A stretch of DNA of 63,889 bases, counting the filler, from Circinaria calcarea (lineage: Eukaryota), in assembly GCA_051942165.1 (NCBI GenBank). It is 3 parts of 3 records of this genome, joined end to end, with 100 filler letters (N's around TTAATTAATTAA, not from the genome) between each part and the next. Parts side by side here need not be neighbours in the genome. Positions count along the whole stretch, not along the records: positions 21,404 to 42,614 come from JAVECS010000147.1; positions 42,715 to 63,889 come from JAVECS010000148.1; 1 more part is not named here. One strand, 5' to 3'. Positions 28,759 to 43,937 of the stretch are shown one piece after another; position 1 is the first letter of the stretch, and each line of letters starts with the position of its first letter. The notes under the pieces are model-generated. The model was not told the origin of the DNA and made no database searches. It saw only the letters and a program-made list of their open reading frames with translations. Both the position numbers and the translations under genes were made by a program.

Positions 28759-30505
28759 GATCCTTCTGAGACGACCGCAGACACTAGCGAGCAGATATCC
28801 TGCCCAAGAGCACCTAATGGAAGTCGTTCAGGAGTTGTCAATTGTTTGGCGATCTAGCTGACCCTGGAGACGATGTAAGTACAAGTCGACCTTCACGACA
28901 TGCGGATTCCGCAAATACGGTAGGATGAAAACAGCGAAGAGGCCGTGGCAGGTAACAGCTGCAGACCATAAGACTCAAGTGGAGGTCCTGACGCGGAAGG
29001 GCGATACGGCGATGCCAAGGATCTCCTACATACATGTGGCGATTTCTCTTGCGCAAGTCGTCTTCTGTTGCGTGTTCATGCTGGAGTCAATGAGAGCAAC
29101 AGAAACCAAGAGGACAAAACATATTAGCTGGTCGTCGTGTCCGTCTCGGGGATGAGAGTTAACAAGTGGGGGGGCCCTCTGCTTGGAGATCTTAATCTCT
29201 TTGTCGTTCGGCTAGGGTCTAGCTTTAGTTGTCCCGATCTGCGAACTCGGGGATAGCTGAGAGGTGATTAGGAGATATGTGGACGGGGAGGCGTTCGCTA
29301 TTCTCCTGGAGAGAGGAACGGTTCCTCACTGGCAACTGTTGTCTCGATAATTGGCTTCAGCGATCGAATTGTTAGCCCGGCAGCCCATGCATCGGAACCC
29401 AGATCCCTTCGAGCTTAGCGTCTCTCGTCCAAGCGCCGCCCCTTCACCCATATGCAGCAACAAAGTCTCGCATCCACAAAGAATTACAGTAGGTAGGTAG
29501 ATAATTACTCCTTCTACCTTCTCACGGAATATCCATGGTGATATGGCAGCTGGCTTTCCTTATATTGCAATTATCGTTAGGCGAGAGCCCAATCTTGACA
29601 TCGGCTCTGCAGTACAACCAACCAGGATGCTCAACAGATCATGGGGCTTATCACTGCCCAACGCTACTGACTCATAATCATGATCCCGGATTTGTATAGT
29701 CGAATAGTGTACTTTTTGGTAGAGAGTACCAGTAGACGGCGAGCTAACTGGCGGACCATACTCAATCTACAATTGGACGAGGCAAAGCCGGACTGGGATG
29801 CATGTAATGGCTTGCCTCGCGATTACTCGAGGACAACATACCATAAAGTTGCAATAACAATAGTTGGAGACCTCATCTATCTCTCAGGGGTAGGTCGAGG
29901 TTTACTCGGACTCTGCACAGCATCGGAAGGCTACTCACTAGGTGGTTTCAGCTTTCCTCCCTTTTATTCACCATCAAAACATCACAACCGCTAAAAGAGA
30001 ACGGTGACCAAGTTCGGGGGGAGTGCCTTAAATGAAGACTTTTCTTAAAATAACAAGTCTGTCGGAAAGCGCGTCATAGCTCTTTTCTGTCCAACGCCAG
30101 TATGGGATCTTTTGTTTAGTTCTGGCAAAACACGGATAAAGGGCAAGTGTATAGCAACTATTAGCAGTCCACAGATGGATATGGCCGGACGGCCGAGTAC
30201 AAGGACATTGAGTGCTAGAACAAGAGGCCATGAAGGCAACCGCCTCTTAGAACACTGGCAGGTAGTATCTCTGCACGCAGAGGCCAAGGGAATAAAATTC
30301 GCACAGCCACTTATAACAAAGTGGAGGTACCTTGTTCCCAAGTAGGAAGGTCCACGTCACTTCTGGCAGTTCATGATAGCAGAGATAGGCCTCGTTGTAT
30401 GCACTGGTTCAACATTGCCTACACTGATTATGCATTCCAATTCCAGCCATGTCCTCACATGAGTACCATAAGCAAAAACATAGCCCCAGATCCATCCATC
30501 CACAC

Positions 30506-31115
30506 TCAACGATAACTCTTCTGAAACCTCGACCTTGCTCCTTTTCCGCCAAACTTTTTCGGCTCGCAGCGACGGTTATCTGCGACGAGGAGCGTTCTGT
30601 CATACTGTACAAGTGCCTGCTTCAACTGATTCTTCGCGTACTCGTCGACGTACTTCTGATAGTATGCTACGATCGATTTGGCGATGGCTTGACGGATGGC
30701 GTAGATTTGAGATGTGTGACCACCGCCAGTGACCCGAACTCTGATGTCGACGCCGGCGAATTTATCAAGACCGATGATGAGAAGAGGCTCGTAGACCTGC
30801 GCAGAAAATTCGTGGTTAATAGGTATTGGGCCAGAAGGCAGGCAGGATGAAGGAAGCCGTACTTTGAATCGCAGAATCTCAGGTTGCATGAGAGAGAGAG
30901 GTTTGCCGTTGACTTTGACAAGACCTTTGCCAGCCTAGAGATGTCAATGGTTGGTAGGACGCTCTTTTGGGTTGATCAGGACGATTGAATAAGTACCTTG
31001 CAGTGTGCGACCGCAGTTGCTACTAGATCTTAGCTACGAGCCCGAATCATAGACCTTATTAGTACATACCTGTTTTCTTTTTGCCGAAACACTGCACACT
31101 CTGCGTAGACGCCAT
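30506..31115 (-). CDS. RPS16: 40S ribosomal protein S16 (uS9), multi-exon
   Basis: [40 protein letters not shown] and [19 protein letters not shown]. Confidence 0.98.
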
Positions 31116-31296
31116 GATGGGTAGAGAGTTCGCGCAGTGGTGCTTTGTACCTTCTTCGATATTTCTCCAGCCTTGGTGATGTCTAATTTTCGAGATGCTT
31201 AGCGTGTGTGGTAAAGGGCTAACGCTCGCTAAAAGATTACCCACGCCGGTAAGGAAGTCCCTCTCTCTCCAGGCATCCACTCCTTCAATATTGCAA

Positions 31297-32373
31297 ATGA
31301 AAATCTTTGCTTTTGGATCTAATGGATCTGGTCAACTAGGTATCCTCACAAAGGATGACACCTCGTCTCCAGAGAAATGTCATATCGGTGGCGAAGAGAC
31401 CGTGGATGGAGTCCCTCTAAAGATTGGCGCAGGAGGAAATCACAGTCTGATTTTGTTCTCCTCTGGGAATGTCTACACTGCTGGAAGCTACAGTGGAAGC
31501 AGTACTAGGACCGGGGAGTCTGAGATGTTTCTACCAATCCCAGACTTCTATCAACCAGATGCCTTAAAAACGGTGACCTCGAGGATCAAGCTTTGTGCGG
31601 CTACTTGGTCTGCTTCACTCTTTGTAACGACGGAAAATCTTCTATACACATGTGGGTCAGGTGAAAAAGGGGAGCTAGGTCAGGGACGTTTTGCTACTCA
31701 GATAGATAGGCCCACCCTTTTACCCGAATTTGCTAAAATAGTTTCGAGTGGGACGACTGTTGTAGACCTTGCCAGTGCGTTGCATCATGCGGTTTTGGTA
31801 CTCTCGAATGGTGAAGTCTATGGGTGGGGAAATGGGCGCAAAGGTCAACTTGGTGAGCCTGCGGAAATCATCTGGCAGCCGAGGAGGATAGAGGGTCTTA
31901 ACTTTAAGGTCGTTCGTGCTGTCTGCGGCAGAGAGTTCACTTATCTTGTAGGGGACCCCAATGATGGTCGTCACATCGTTCTAGGAGCAAACAAATGGGA
32001 TGTGAAGACCAAGGCGCCCAAGTACGCGCCCAATTGGACGGACATAGGTGCTAGCTGGGGATCAATATTTGTGCTGGACAAAGCGGGCAAAATCGCCTCC
32101 TGGGGCCGCAACGATCATGGCCAGCTTGCATCTCTGGGTCTGCCAGCTATTAAGCAAATGGCGGTTGGGAGTGAGCATGCAGTGGCCTTGTCATACGACG
32201 GTGACGTTATGGCTTGGGGCTGGGGTGAGCATGGCAACTGTGGGCTTGGTATCGATAAGGACGGAGATGTCAAGCACGATTGGAACATTGTCTTCTCGTC
32301 TGCGGCAAATCATCAGACTTCTGTGGAAGGTATAGGCGCTGGTTGTGCAACGAGCTGGATGTGGATGATCTGA
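31297..32373 (+). CDS. ATS1: RCC1-repeat beta-propeller protein, Ats1/Kti13 (SERGEF)-like
   Basis: MKIFAFGSNGSGQLG, GAGGNHS, YGWGNGRKGQLG, WGRNDHGQL, AWGWGEHGNCG and GAGCATSW. Single exon. Confidence 0.8.
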   Translation: MKIFAFGSNGSGQLGILTKDDTSSPEKCHIGGEETVDGVPLKIGAGGNHSLILFSSGNVYTAGSYSGSSTRTGESEMFLPIPDFYQPDALKTVTSRIKLCAATWSASLFVTTENLLYTCGSGEKGELGQGRFATQIDRPTLLPEFAKIVSSGTTVVDLASALHHAVLVLSNGEVYGWGNGRKGQLGEPAEIIWQPRRIEGLNFKVVRAVCGREFTYLVGDPNDGRHIVLGANKWDVKTKAPKYAPNWTDIGASWGSIFVLDKAGKIASWGRNDHGQLASLGLPAIKQMAVGSEHAVALSYDGDVMAWGWGEHGNCGLGIDKDGDVKHDWNIVFSSAANHQTSVEGIGAGCATSWMWMI

Positions 32374-32683
32374 ACATGTACTCTCATCCGGTATTCAAGC
32401 CTATTAACGGTAATCCTTATCAAGGCAATCCTCATCCTTCACAAAGCGCGGTCTGTTCATTGGAAACTTCAAAAAGACCGGACCCTTCCACTCATGTTGC
32501 AACTATTATCCATGAGACTCTGTCCCTAAACTAAACAGGGTTTAGAAATCAGCACTGCTATCTTCTAGCCACTAGGTCAGCTTTAGCAATTTAAACTATA
32601 GCAGCTATCTTACTCAGATTACCTTTATCATGAGTCTAGAACATAGAGCTTGTAGCTTAGTTGACAGAGTCATCAAAACTCTA

Positions 32684-34345
32684 CTAGTCGAATATCCCGG
32701 GAATCTACACTCGGTTAGCAAATATCAAAGGTCGGACATAGATTTGAACCACCTCGGACATGCGCTGGGTCGGTGGTACCCGGCGCCCATCATCGATATA
32801 CCTCGTGACTGACCTTGGCGACTCCGTACGACTGCTAGGCCTGATTCGAGAACCGAGTGCGAAAGCATCCTATAGTAGGCGTAAGCAATAGTTTTATCAA
32901 GAAGCCTCGGTAAAGTACATTGTCTGCACTGGCATCCCAGCCTAGCTCATCGCCTTCTTCGTCATAGTTCTTCTCTGCCCATTGGCGCTCTTCGTCGTCT
33001 TCGGCCTGGAGGAACAGACTTTGGTGATCCACACTAGCTCTTGGCGGTGGTGGCGAAGGTCTAGATGGACGTTGACCTGTGACTTCTCGGACAAAGCTGC
33101 GTGATGCTGGTTGTGAAGGTGGGGGCATGTTATCTGGGAGCCGGTGGCTCCGCTCTTGTATTGTAGGTCGTGCGGGTTCTTCCTTTGTGGATGATCTCGT
33201 AGACCTGTCTCGAGTGGTGGTTGTTGCCGGAGTTATAGAACTACCACGGTATTCTCCGATTGTCATCAAAGTAAATTCGCATTGCATACCATGTTCTTGG
33301 TATGCCAATTGCAGCGGACGGCTTGGACGTGAGTACCGTGCCGTGATGGTAGACTTCAGAGATTCGGCGTGAGTGACAATGGCTTTGAAGTCTTTGACGC
33401 TTATGCCGATGTGTAGCTTTTCCTCGACTGCAAAATCTTCGAAATCTAAGGTGTCGATGGCGATAGAAGTTTGCAATGGCTGCTTTAATATCTCTGTTCA
33501 GTCTTAGCCGCTTTCCAGACCTAAATGATGGCGGCTTGCGAACCGTCGCCAGACGTGACCTTTTCTGTATAGCTCGTAAAAACAGCTCGGCCTCCTTCAC
33601 AATACATATCCAATTGCTCAGTCTTTACGCCGAAGTATTCACTGAAAGTTTTGAGAGTATGCCCACCGATACTCCAATGATTCTTCGCCGAGTTCTTATC
33701 GAATACAGCATGCATTATCTTAACTGATTCGTAGGTGAGCTTATAAGTCTTGGTTACCCCTTTTGTCCCCTCGAGATCAGTCTATGCACACAAAGCGATT
33801 TGAAGATACCAACCATGCCGACATATCATCTTAACTATAAGACGACATTCAGTCTTATCTGGTCGGTCCTGGACAGTAACTTCACAGCGCTCTATTGAGG
33901 TATCTTTTTCCCGAGCCTCTATCATACGTCCCTTGAAGACGGAGAGCAATGCCTGAAAGAGATGAGATCAGCGCATAGGAGAAACAGAGAGAGCACATGT
34001 ACTTTATTATACAGCTGACAAGTGAAACGACCTTCCCCATCACTTTCATCTTGTTCTGTAGAGGTCGGAAAGAAGTTGTAACTGCGAAAGAAGACGTCTT
34101 TGGCCAACGAGAAAGAGGCATAGGCGGATTTAGAAGAATTGAGAGCAGTAAGGATAAGCTATAATATAGCAGAATCATTAGTGGCGAGGTGGGGGATACG
34201 TCTAGAGAGTCAAGTGAATAGGAAAGCCCACTTTATCGCTGTGGGCTTCAAATCCAACCACCTCATTAAATTTAGCGAGACAGAGTACAGCATCGTGTAC
34301 TCGCACTATTCCCTCTGGTGCCAAGGTGAAGTTGAGAGTTTGCAT
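32684..34345 (-). CDS. rad9: 9-1-1 checkpoint clamp subunit Rad9, multi-exon
   Basis: VHDAVLCLAKFNEVV, ALNSSKSAYA, GVTKTYKLTYE, FTSYTEK, ISVKDFKAIV, YSRPSRPLQL, and a C-terminal PTQR..IPGIFD*. Confidence 0.9.
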
Positions 34346-34501
34346 GTTTGCATCACGGTCATCTACTATGTCTGAGGGAGAAGGTCTTATTTTCCATCTT
34401 CTCGAGAGTGTCGCGTAGAATGCTCGAAGTGGAAAACGCGTCAAGAGTTTTGAGCAGACCCATCAACACTGATCTAATACATATCTTTCCATCGATCAAT
34501 C

Positions 34502-36495
34502 ATGCCTTCAGTACTTCCCGACGATGTATTGCACTTAATTTGTATCCAGTTATGGCACCAAAGAGATTTCAATACCCTTTTCACTTGCGCCATGGCCGCC
34601 AAACAACTAGCCCTCCCTGCGCTGGCGAATATGTATCGGTATGTATTCCCGCAGAGATTGGCTGGTTTACATCTGATTGAAAGAAGCATGCATGATGTCG
34701 CTCCAGTTACGAATGGCGGCACGGATGAAGTTGATTCGGAGGTCTCAAGGCAAGATAGATCTGTGAACTTGGCGCAGCAACAAGACCAGATCATTGCGAA
34801 ATGGGCGAATCTATGGCGATCTCTGATTCTGTCGGCCCTAGGAAAAACAGTCTTTCCATATTGCCGATATATTCGGGCTCTCAATCTAGGGGATTTGAAA
34901 GAGTTGCTGGAAGATGTCATTTTTAGGGGTTCCATCAGCAGGTCAGCTCAATGATATGGCTACGGCTATAGAGATTCTATTGGGGCTCATTATGAACAGC
35001 ACATTCTTCAAGGGGGAGCTCTCGAAAATCTACATTGAGATGGAGTCTCCGGTGAAGCTGAGAAGTAAGGTTCAACGCCCACGACGTCCAAACACAATTG
35101 CTATTCTTGATGCTGTTGGAGAAGGTAGGTAAGCCTTTGTCGGCTCTACAACCGGCTGTAATACCTAATTCTATAGTGTTGACTGAGCACACGCCCATGC
35201 TAGAAGAATTGTCAGGCGAGCGTAAGTATTCTATCCTTCAAACTTTCCGTGCCCTTAGCAACTGACAACCCCGAAAGTCTCGTGCAGTGCACTGCTGAGA
35301 TGGGTCCCTAGGCTCTCACGGTTACAGCATATGACATTATGGAACGGCTCAGCTCTGTCGGAGGGCGTTGGCAGTCTGATACACAATCATTGCCCCTTCT
35401 TTAGGACTCTTAAGTTCTACCAATGGTGGGTGAACCTACTATTGAACTTACAGCGTAGCATTTCTCATATTTGATAGGCCAGGCGTGCAGGCAGATCAGC
35501 AAATGGCACAATTTCTAAAGGATCTCCGTCCACAATCTTTAGAGTCACTGGAGATCATCAGCTACTCCGATATCGCTGCGGAAACATTCATGGCCCTAGA
35601 CAGGCATTGTGACTCTTTAAGAGAACTAAGGCTTAACAACATTAAACCAACATCAATGCCAGCTTTGTCCTTGATGGGTGGATGTAAGGCGCTGACTTCA
35701 CTGCTTTTGTCAGAAGCAACCGCAACAACGGATCTTGAGAATACACAAAACGATGTATTTCTCGAAACCATCAAGTGGCTACGCAACTGCAAAGGGCTGA
35801 GTAGTATAACGTTCCAGAAGATGCTCAGCGCCTCCGCCATCTTAACTCCTATACTTCTGGAGAACGTCATTCACCTTAGTAAACTCGAGATCGAAGGTTA
35901 TTCACCACATCAAGCTCAAGACTTCCACAGAGCATTAGCCATGCAAGACAGTTTACGAAGCCTATGGCTGAAAGGCGATGCCGAGGATTTTGTCGGTAGC
36001 GATATCGACATTCTCGTGGATTCTCTATGTACTTTAAGATCACTCAAAGACTTAAGGTTAAAGGACGTATCGGACTACTTCCTAGATGAGCACATTTGCA
36101 GGCTCGCGCGTAATCTCCGCGAGCTGGAGGAGTGGTGGACCAGTGGGTATGGAATCACCAACGCTATCTGGCCCGATGTGGCCATGCTCAAATCGTTACG
36201 ACGACTTGAAATCAACGCCTTGGCCTCCTTCACGGCGGATGGCATACTTGAGTACATTGCCAGGCTTGGATCTGGGAACAATCGCATGATACTTAGTGTA
36301 ATGATGGCAGATCCGGAGTCCAGCCTTACCGAAGAGGAACAGTCTCTTGTCAGGGAAGTGCTGGCTTCCCGCCTGGAAGGTAGATTTGACTATATATTAG
36401 CACCAGGTACTGCTATTCTGTTGCTATTCTACCGAAGTACTGACAGTTGTGTAGATCCAAACGCGCCCGACTATGATGAAAGCGATTCAGATTAG
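34502..36495 (+). CDS. F-box-like/RNI-like leucine-rich repeat protein, multi-exon
   Basis: N-terminal LPDDVLHLIC (F-box-like), YCRYIRALNL, and repeated LxxLxL motifs (LRELRL, LKDLRL, LRRLEI). Confidence 0.75.
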
Positions 36496-36887
36496 ACATG
36501 ATATAGGCTATCACTTAGTGCTTCAGATGAACGGTGGTGAGTTTCGAGAACATGTCGATAAAGGAGTAGACGGGGTTGGATTTGTGCGGCTGTTGTGTTT
36601 AAAGAGCTACTAGTAGGTTGGCTAGAGTGTGTATGATTTCATTCTGGCGCTAAAGAATGGATAACTTCCTAAGTAGGCGAGAATTTGAAAAACTTCTCCC
36701 GACATAATTCTTGAATACATGAGGTTGACCTAGGATCACAGTCGTCCATTCGTTGGATCGGACATACTCGTACAGTAGTCGCATAGAACAATACCACTAA
36801 TCGATGCCGCTGATGTTCAACCGCCAACAACATCTTAACATCTCAATTCCTGTCTGCAACTGTTGAAGGAAGAAAGAAAGGGCGAAC

Positions 36888-38951
36888 ATGGCTAATGACA
36901 AGCGCATTCTCATTATAGCAGGGTCCGACAGTTCTGGTGGAGCGTACGTATTGATCTCATATCAGAAGACGGCTGGTGCTAAACTCCATAGAGGCCTGGA
37001 GGCTGACCAGAAAGTCATTGCAGCGCATGGGTGTTATGCAATGACTGCAACTACCGCGTTGACTGCTCAGAATACTCAAGGCGTACAAGATATTTTCCAC
37101 ATTCCTCCGGAATTTGTCAAGAGGCAAATTGAAGCCTGCATCGATGACATTGGTGTCGATGTGGTCAAAACGGGTATGCTTTTCGCGAGACATGCGCGCC
37201 TCGTAGTAGCTCTTACATCAACATTCTAACCTTGCGAAGGCATGCTAGCTTCTGCTAGAACGGTAGAGGCAATCGCAGAGGCTCTAGAGTCCCATGGCCG
37301 CCCAATCGCAGTTGTCGATCCAGTAAGCCATCCAAGCCTTAACGGTACTTAAATCCTCACGGAAACAGGTCATGATGTCTACTAGCGGAGCACAGCTTCT
37401 TCCTACAGATGCAGTTAGAGTATTTCGCGAACAAATACTACCTTTGGCCACAGTTTTAACACCGAACATACCCGAGGCAAAGCTTTTGTTACAGGATGCA
37501 GGACAACCAGTATCCGATCCACAAACCCTGGACGACCTAATCGAGTATGCTCGGGCTGTACGTCGAATGAATCCTCGGTGGGTATTACTCAAAGGAGGCC
37601 ACTTGCCCTTGACAAAGCAACGAAAGATCGCTACTAAGCATGCCGACCGACAGATTGTGGTTGACATACTTGTGGGAGAGAACCAAGTTACTTTGATCGA
37701 GACAGATTATCTGGACACAAATAACACTCACGGAACAGGCTGCTCACTTGCATGTAGGCAGCCGAACATGGTTTTACCTTGTGACTTCGCTGAGAAGATG
37801 TGAAGCCGCAATCGCTTCCAACCTAGCACTTGGCTATGATATACCCGATGCTGTCCAGAAAGCATGTCGATACGTGGAAGCAGGAATCAGACTATCGATC
37901 GATCGAGGCAGAGGTAGTGGCCCGATTAACCATTTTCATTCAACGTATATGCTTCCATTTGTACCGTTAGTACCTTCGTCTTCCCAATCTCACCTGGCAC
38001 TGCTGAACAGTATCAGGGGACGCTTTGTGGAATTCCTTCTATCTCAAGCAGCTGAAGCATGGCGGACTTATACGGAACACGAGTTTGTCCAACTTCTAGC
38101 CGATGGGAGTCTACAGCTGGAAAACTTCCAACATTACCTAAAGCAAGACTATATTTTCTTGGTCTGTTGATGGGTTCTTTGAGACGCTTTTAGCTATTGC
38201 TGATCCCGAACATCAGACCCAACTTGCACGATCTAGAGCTTTGGGTGCTTATAACATGAAATCAATGCCAGCCATTGTTGCAGTACGTACAACTTAGCGC
38301 TAATTATCTGTTATATTGCGAATCTAAGGCAGTCCGCTATTAGGGTGCCAAAGGAATCCTACAGGTCGAGCAAGAGATGAATGCACATCTTACATTCTGC
38401 GAGACTTATGGCATTTCCCGACTAGATATCGAATCTGCCAATCCCTCCCAAGGTACCCAAGCCCTTCACGTCTCTCCTTTATTGACCTTTGCGCTTACCG
38501 TTGAGAAGCTTGCGCGGCGTATACAGGTTTCTTGATGGACGTCGGTCATTCGGAAGACTGGTTCGCCCTTCAAGTTGCAGTTGCCCCGTGCTTTATCGGT
38601 TACGGTGCGATAGCACGGCGTCTGTACGAAGATTCCAAAACGGTCAAAGGGCATGAAAACAAATACTGGAAGTGGATCGAGACATACGTCTCTGATGAGT
38701 ATGTGGAGACGGTCTCCCAGGTAAAAGGTGGGATTGATCAATTCAAAGCATCAGAATTGACTTCACTAAAGCATCATAGATGTGCTTGAAAAATATGCAG
38801 TATCACAGAGTCCGAGCAGAACCGAAGAACTTGTCAAGATATTCAAGAGCGCCACTCGAGTAGGTTCTATTATCAAATGAGCCGCACATGCTGACAGTTC
38901 CAACAGCTAGAGACAGGCTTCTGGGATATGGGATATCGCAAGGAAAGCTAA
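36888..38951 (+). CDS. THI20: Hydroxymethylpyrimidine/phosphomethylpyrimidine kinase fused to a TenA (thiaminase II) domain, multi-exon
   Basis: IAGSDSSGGAGLEADQK, TALTAQNT, VKTGML, TPNIPEA, LLKGGH, THGTGC and GPINHF, followed by TenA motifs YLKQDY, APCFIGY and YWKWIETY, then ETGFWDM. Confidence 0.9.
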
Positions 38952-39359
38952 GGTTGATATAGTACTATCAGTAAGGGTCTGTAGGATGCTGAATATAGCA
39001 AAATTCCCGTAGTATGGGACATCGATATTCTAGTAGACGTTTGTAATAAGAACCACTCGTTGCTGCCTTACCTACCGTAATAAATTCACTCGGGCGTAAA
39101 ATTGCGAAAGCGCGGTGCCCTTGCAGCCGCCATGTGAGCTAATCTGCGCCTTACCTTATCTGTCGTTAGCGGCGTGCTTCACAGATCGCTTCACACATTT
39201 TGAAAATTTGCAGGCAACACATCTCGAAACACACCAACACCCATACACAGTCCCTCTCCTCTCATCACCTCTCTCTCATCCGCACCTTCATCTTTCTCAC
39301 AATTACCGAACCTCAGCCTTTCAGAGGGTCTCTCATTTCATACAAGAAGAGACGACAAG

Positions 39360-41934
<2,575 letters not shown>

Positions 41935-42614
41935 TATATCCTATGGCCACGGAACTGACTCACATACAAGGGCTGAGTAGAAGAGCTCGAGTTTCTTACC
42001 TGCAACATACCCCTAGACTCGTACGTCCGACCCGCTTCATTGCAGAAGCGCCTGGATAGCCTCGTCCTTGCGGATCCGATCACTGGTTGGACTTGCTTAC
42101 CCTATTTAGATTTGTTTACTTTTGCTGGCATGTTGACCATGTACCATGGATCGGAGGGAATCGAGATTGCATCAACCCGCAGAGGTCTGTTTCTAGACTC
42201 TGCACGTTAGAAGGCAGTTTTAGGGGGTTTGGATTTTGCAAAGCGCGAAACTAGCTCGTTGAAGGCGAGCTGGCACACTCGAATAGATTTACAAAAATAG
42301 ACTTTAGGTAGTTGCTTCTTAATTTTGAATGGACTTTCTGCAGCTTCTGTTTCTTTTTTCGTTCTGCCTCCTGATTTTTTGAAACGTGCGGAAATGAATG
42401 GAAATGAGATTTTTACGTCTTACGTCAAGGTAGTCATTAGAGACAGGTTGCTACTCGGATTTGCTGGAGACGAGACGGTTAAGATGATTACTATTACATG
42501 TACAAATCGACTCCTCCCCGTCTCCCCCGTCCGTATTTACTAAAGGTCCACCTCTCACATCACCCGTCTCACATCCCCCTCCTTCCCCCCAAGTAGCTCT
42601 GACCTTTCCTGCCC

Positions 42615-42714
42615 NNNNNNNNNNNNNNNNNNNNNNNNNNNNNNNNNNNNNNNNNNNNTTAATTAATTAANNNNNNNNNNNNNNNNNNNNNNNNNNNNNN
42701 NNNNNNNNNNNNNN
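42615..42714. other. Assembly gap: 100-nt N spacer with artificial TTAATTAATTAA linker
   Basis: Same construct as 21304-21403. It interrupts the 5' end of RPL8. Confidence 0.97.
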
Positions 42715-43435
42715 AGACATCCAGCCACGACGCAACCTCTCGCGTATGGTCCGCTGGCCTGAATACGTCCGTCTACAGCGCCAAAAGAAAATCCTCAATC
42801 TCCGTCTCAAAGTCCCACCCGCCATCGCCCAATTCACCAACGTCCTCGACCGTAATACCGCCGCTCAAACCTTCAAGGTCCTCAACAAATACCGCCCGGA
42901 AACCAAGGCCGAGAAAAGCGAGCGTCTAAAGAAGGAGGCTACGGCTATCAGCGAGGGAAAGAAGAAGGAGGACGCCAGCAAGAAACCGTATGCTGTCAAA
43001 TATGGGTTGAATCACGTCGTTGGATTGATCGAGAATAAGAAAGCTAGCTTAGTGCTGATCCCGAATGACGTGGATCCCATCGAGCTGGTCATCTTCTTGC
43101 CTGCTCTATGCAGGAAGATGGGTGTCCCATACGCAATTGTCAAGGGCAAGGCTAGGCTGGGTACTGTTGTACACAAGAAGGTAAGGCAGTCCTAAATTCT
43201 CTGCAAGAACCCAGAAACTAATTAGGACGAAAAGACTGCGGCTGTTCTCGCCCTCACAGAAGTGCGCTCGGAGGACAAGTCCGAGTTCTCCAAACTTCTC
43301 TCCGCAATCAAGGAAGGCTACACAGAGAAGAACGAGGAAGCGAAGCGTCACTGGGGTGGAGGGATTATGGGGGCCAAGGCCATTGCAGCGCAGGAGAAGA
43401 AGCGCAAGGCACTAGAGAGCGCCATCAAAATCTAG
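42715..43435 (+). CDS. RPL8: 60S ribosomal protein L8/L7a (eL8), 5' part lost in the gap
   Basis: [56 protein letters not shown] and HWGGGIMG. Confidence 0.97.
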
Positions 43436-43937
43436 ACGACAGGGTGTTCAGGTATTCCGTAGCTCATGTTCGAAATAGCAAGGCATCCCCTACCAAAAAA
43501 TGCAGCAAACTATCTTGTAAACATCTTCGAGTCACGTGAATTCGTCACCCGACGCTTTCTCCCGGGAAAAAAAATCACGGACAATTGGCTTGACAGCTAG
43601 CCCGATATGCCCCCCGTCTATGAGGAAATGCAAAGGTTGCACCTGATAAGCTTCAGCAGCACCCGGGAGAGTCCAGAGCTATCCCTGCGCCATCTGCACA
43701 GATAGCTGCCTTCAAACGCCAAGCTAGCTAGGTACCCAGCTAACCCAGCTAACATAGCTAACCCAGCTAAAAACTCCTCCGGTTAAAAGCCATTTGGTAT
43801 CAAGTAGGGAAAAAAAGACCAACAATTTCCCGGAAAAGCCGTCTGGTATGTACCATGCCTTTTTTTGCATCTCTTCCTTCCCCTTACAGACCTTTTTTTG
43901 ATGGGGCTCTGAGCAAGGTAGACAGACGGCTATTACC

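Noticed and set aside
29680..30450. Short ORFs between YAK1 and RPS16
   Set aside because: They have no motifs and fit YAK1 promoter and RPS16 3' flank sequence.
37754..37805. TPP riboswitch in an intron of the thiamine-salvage gene (contains CTGAGA)
   Set aside because: The intron is only ~50 nt and lacks the other aptamer elements. CTGAG here is most simply the branch site.
43724..43937. Hydrophobic C-terminus of the 880-aa STU2 ORF (SWVSYVSWVSWV) and 9-bp CCCAGCTAA repeats
   Set aside because: This is read-through of the last intron into the 3' UTR. The spliced gene ends AKQGLSR* at 43938, and the repeat is a short UTR microsatellite.
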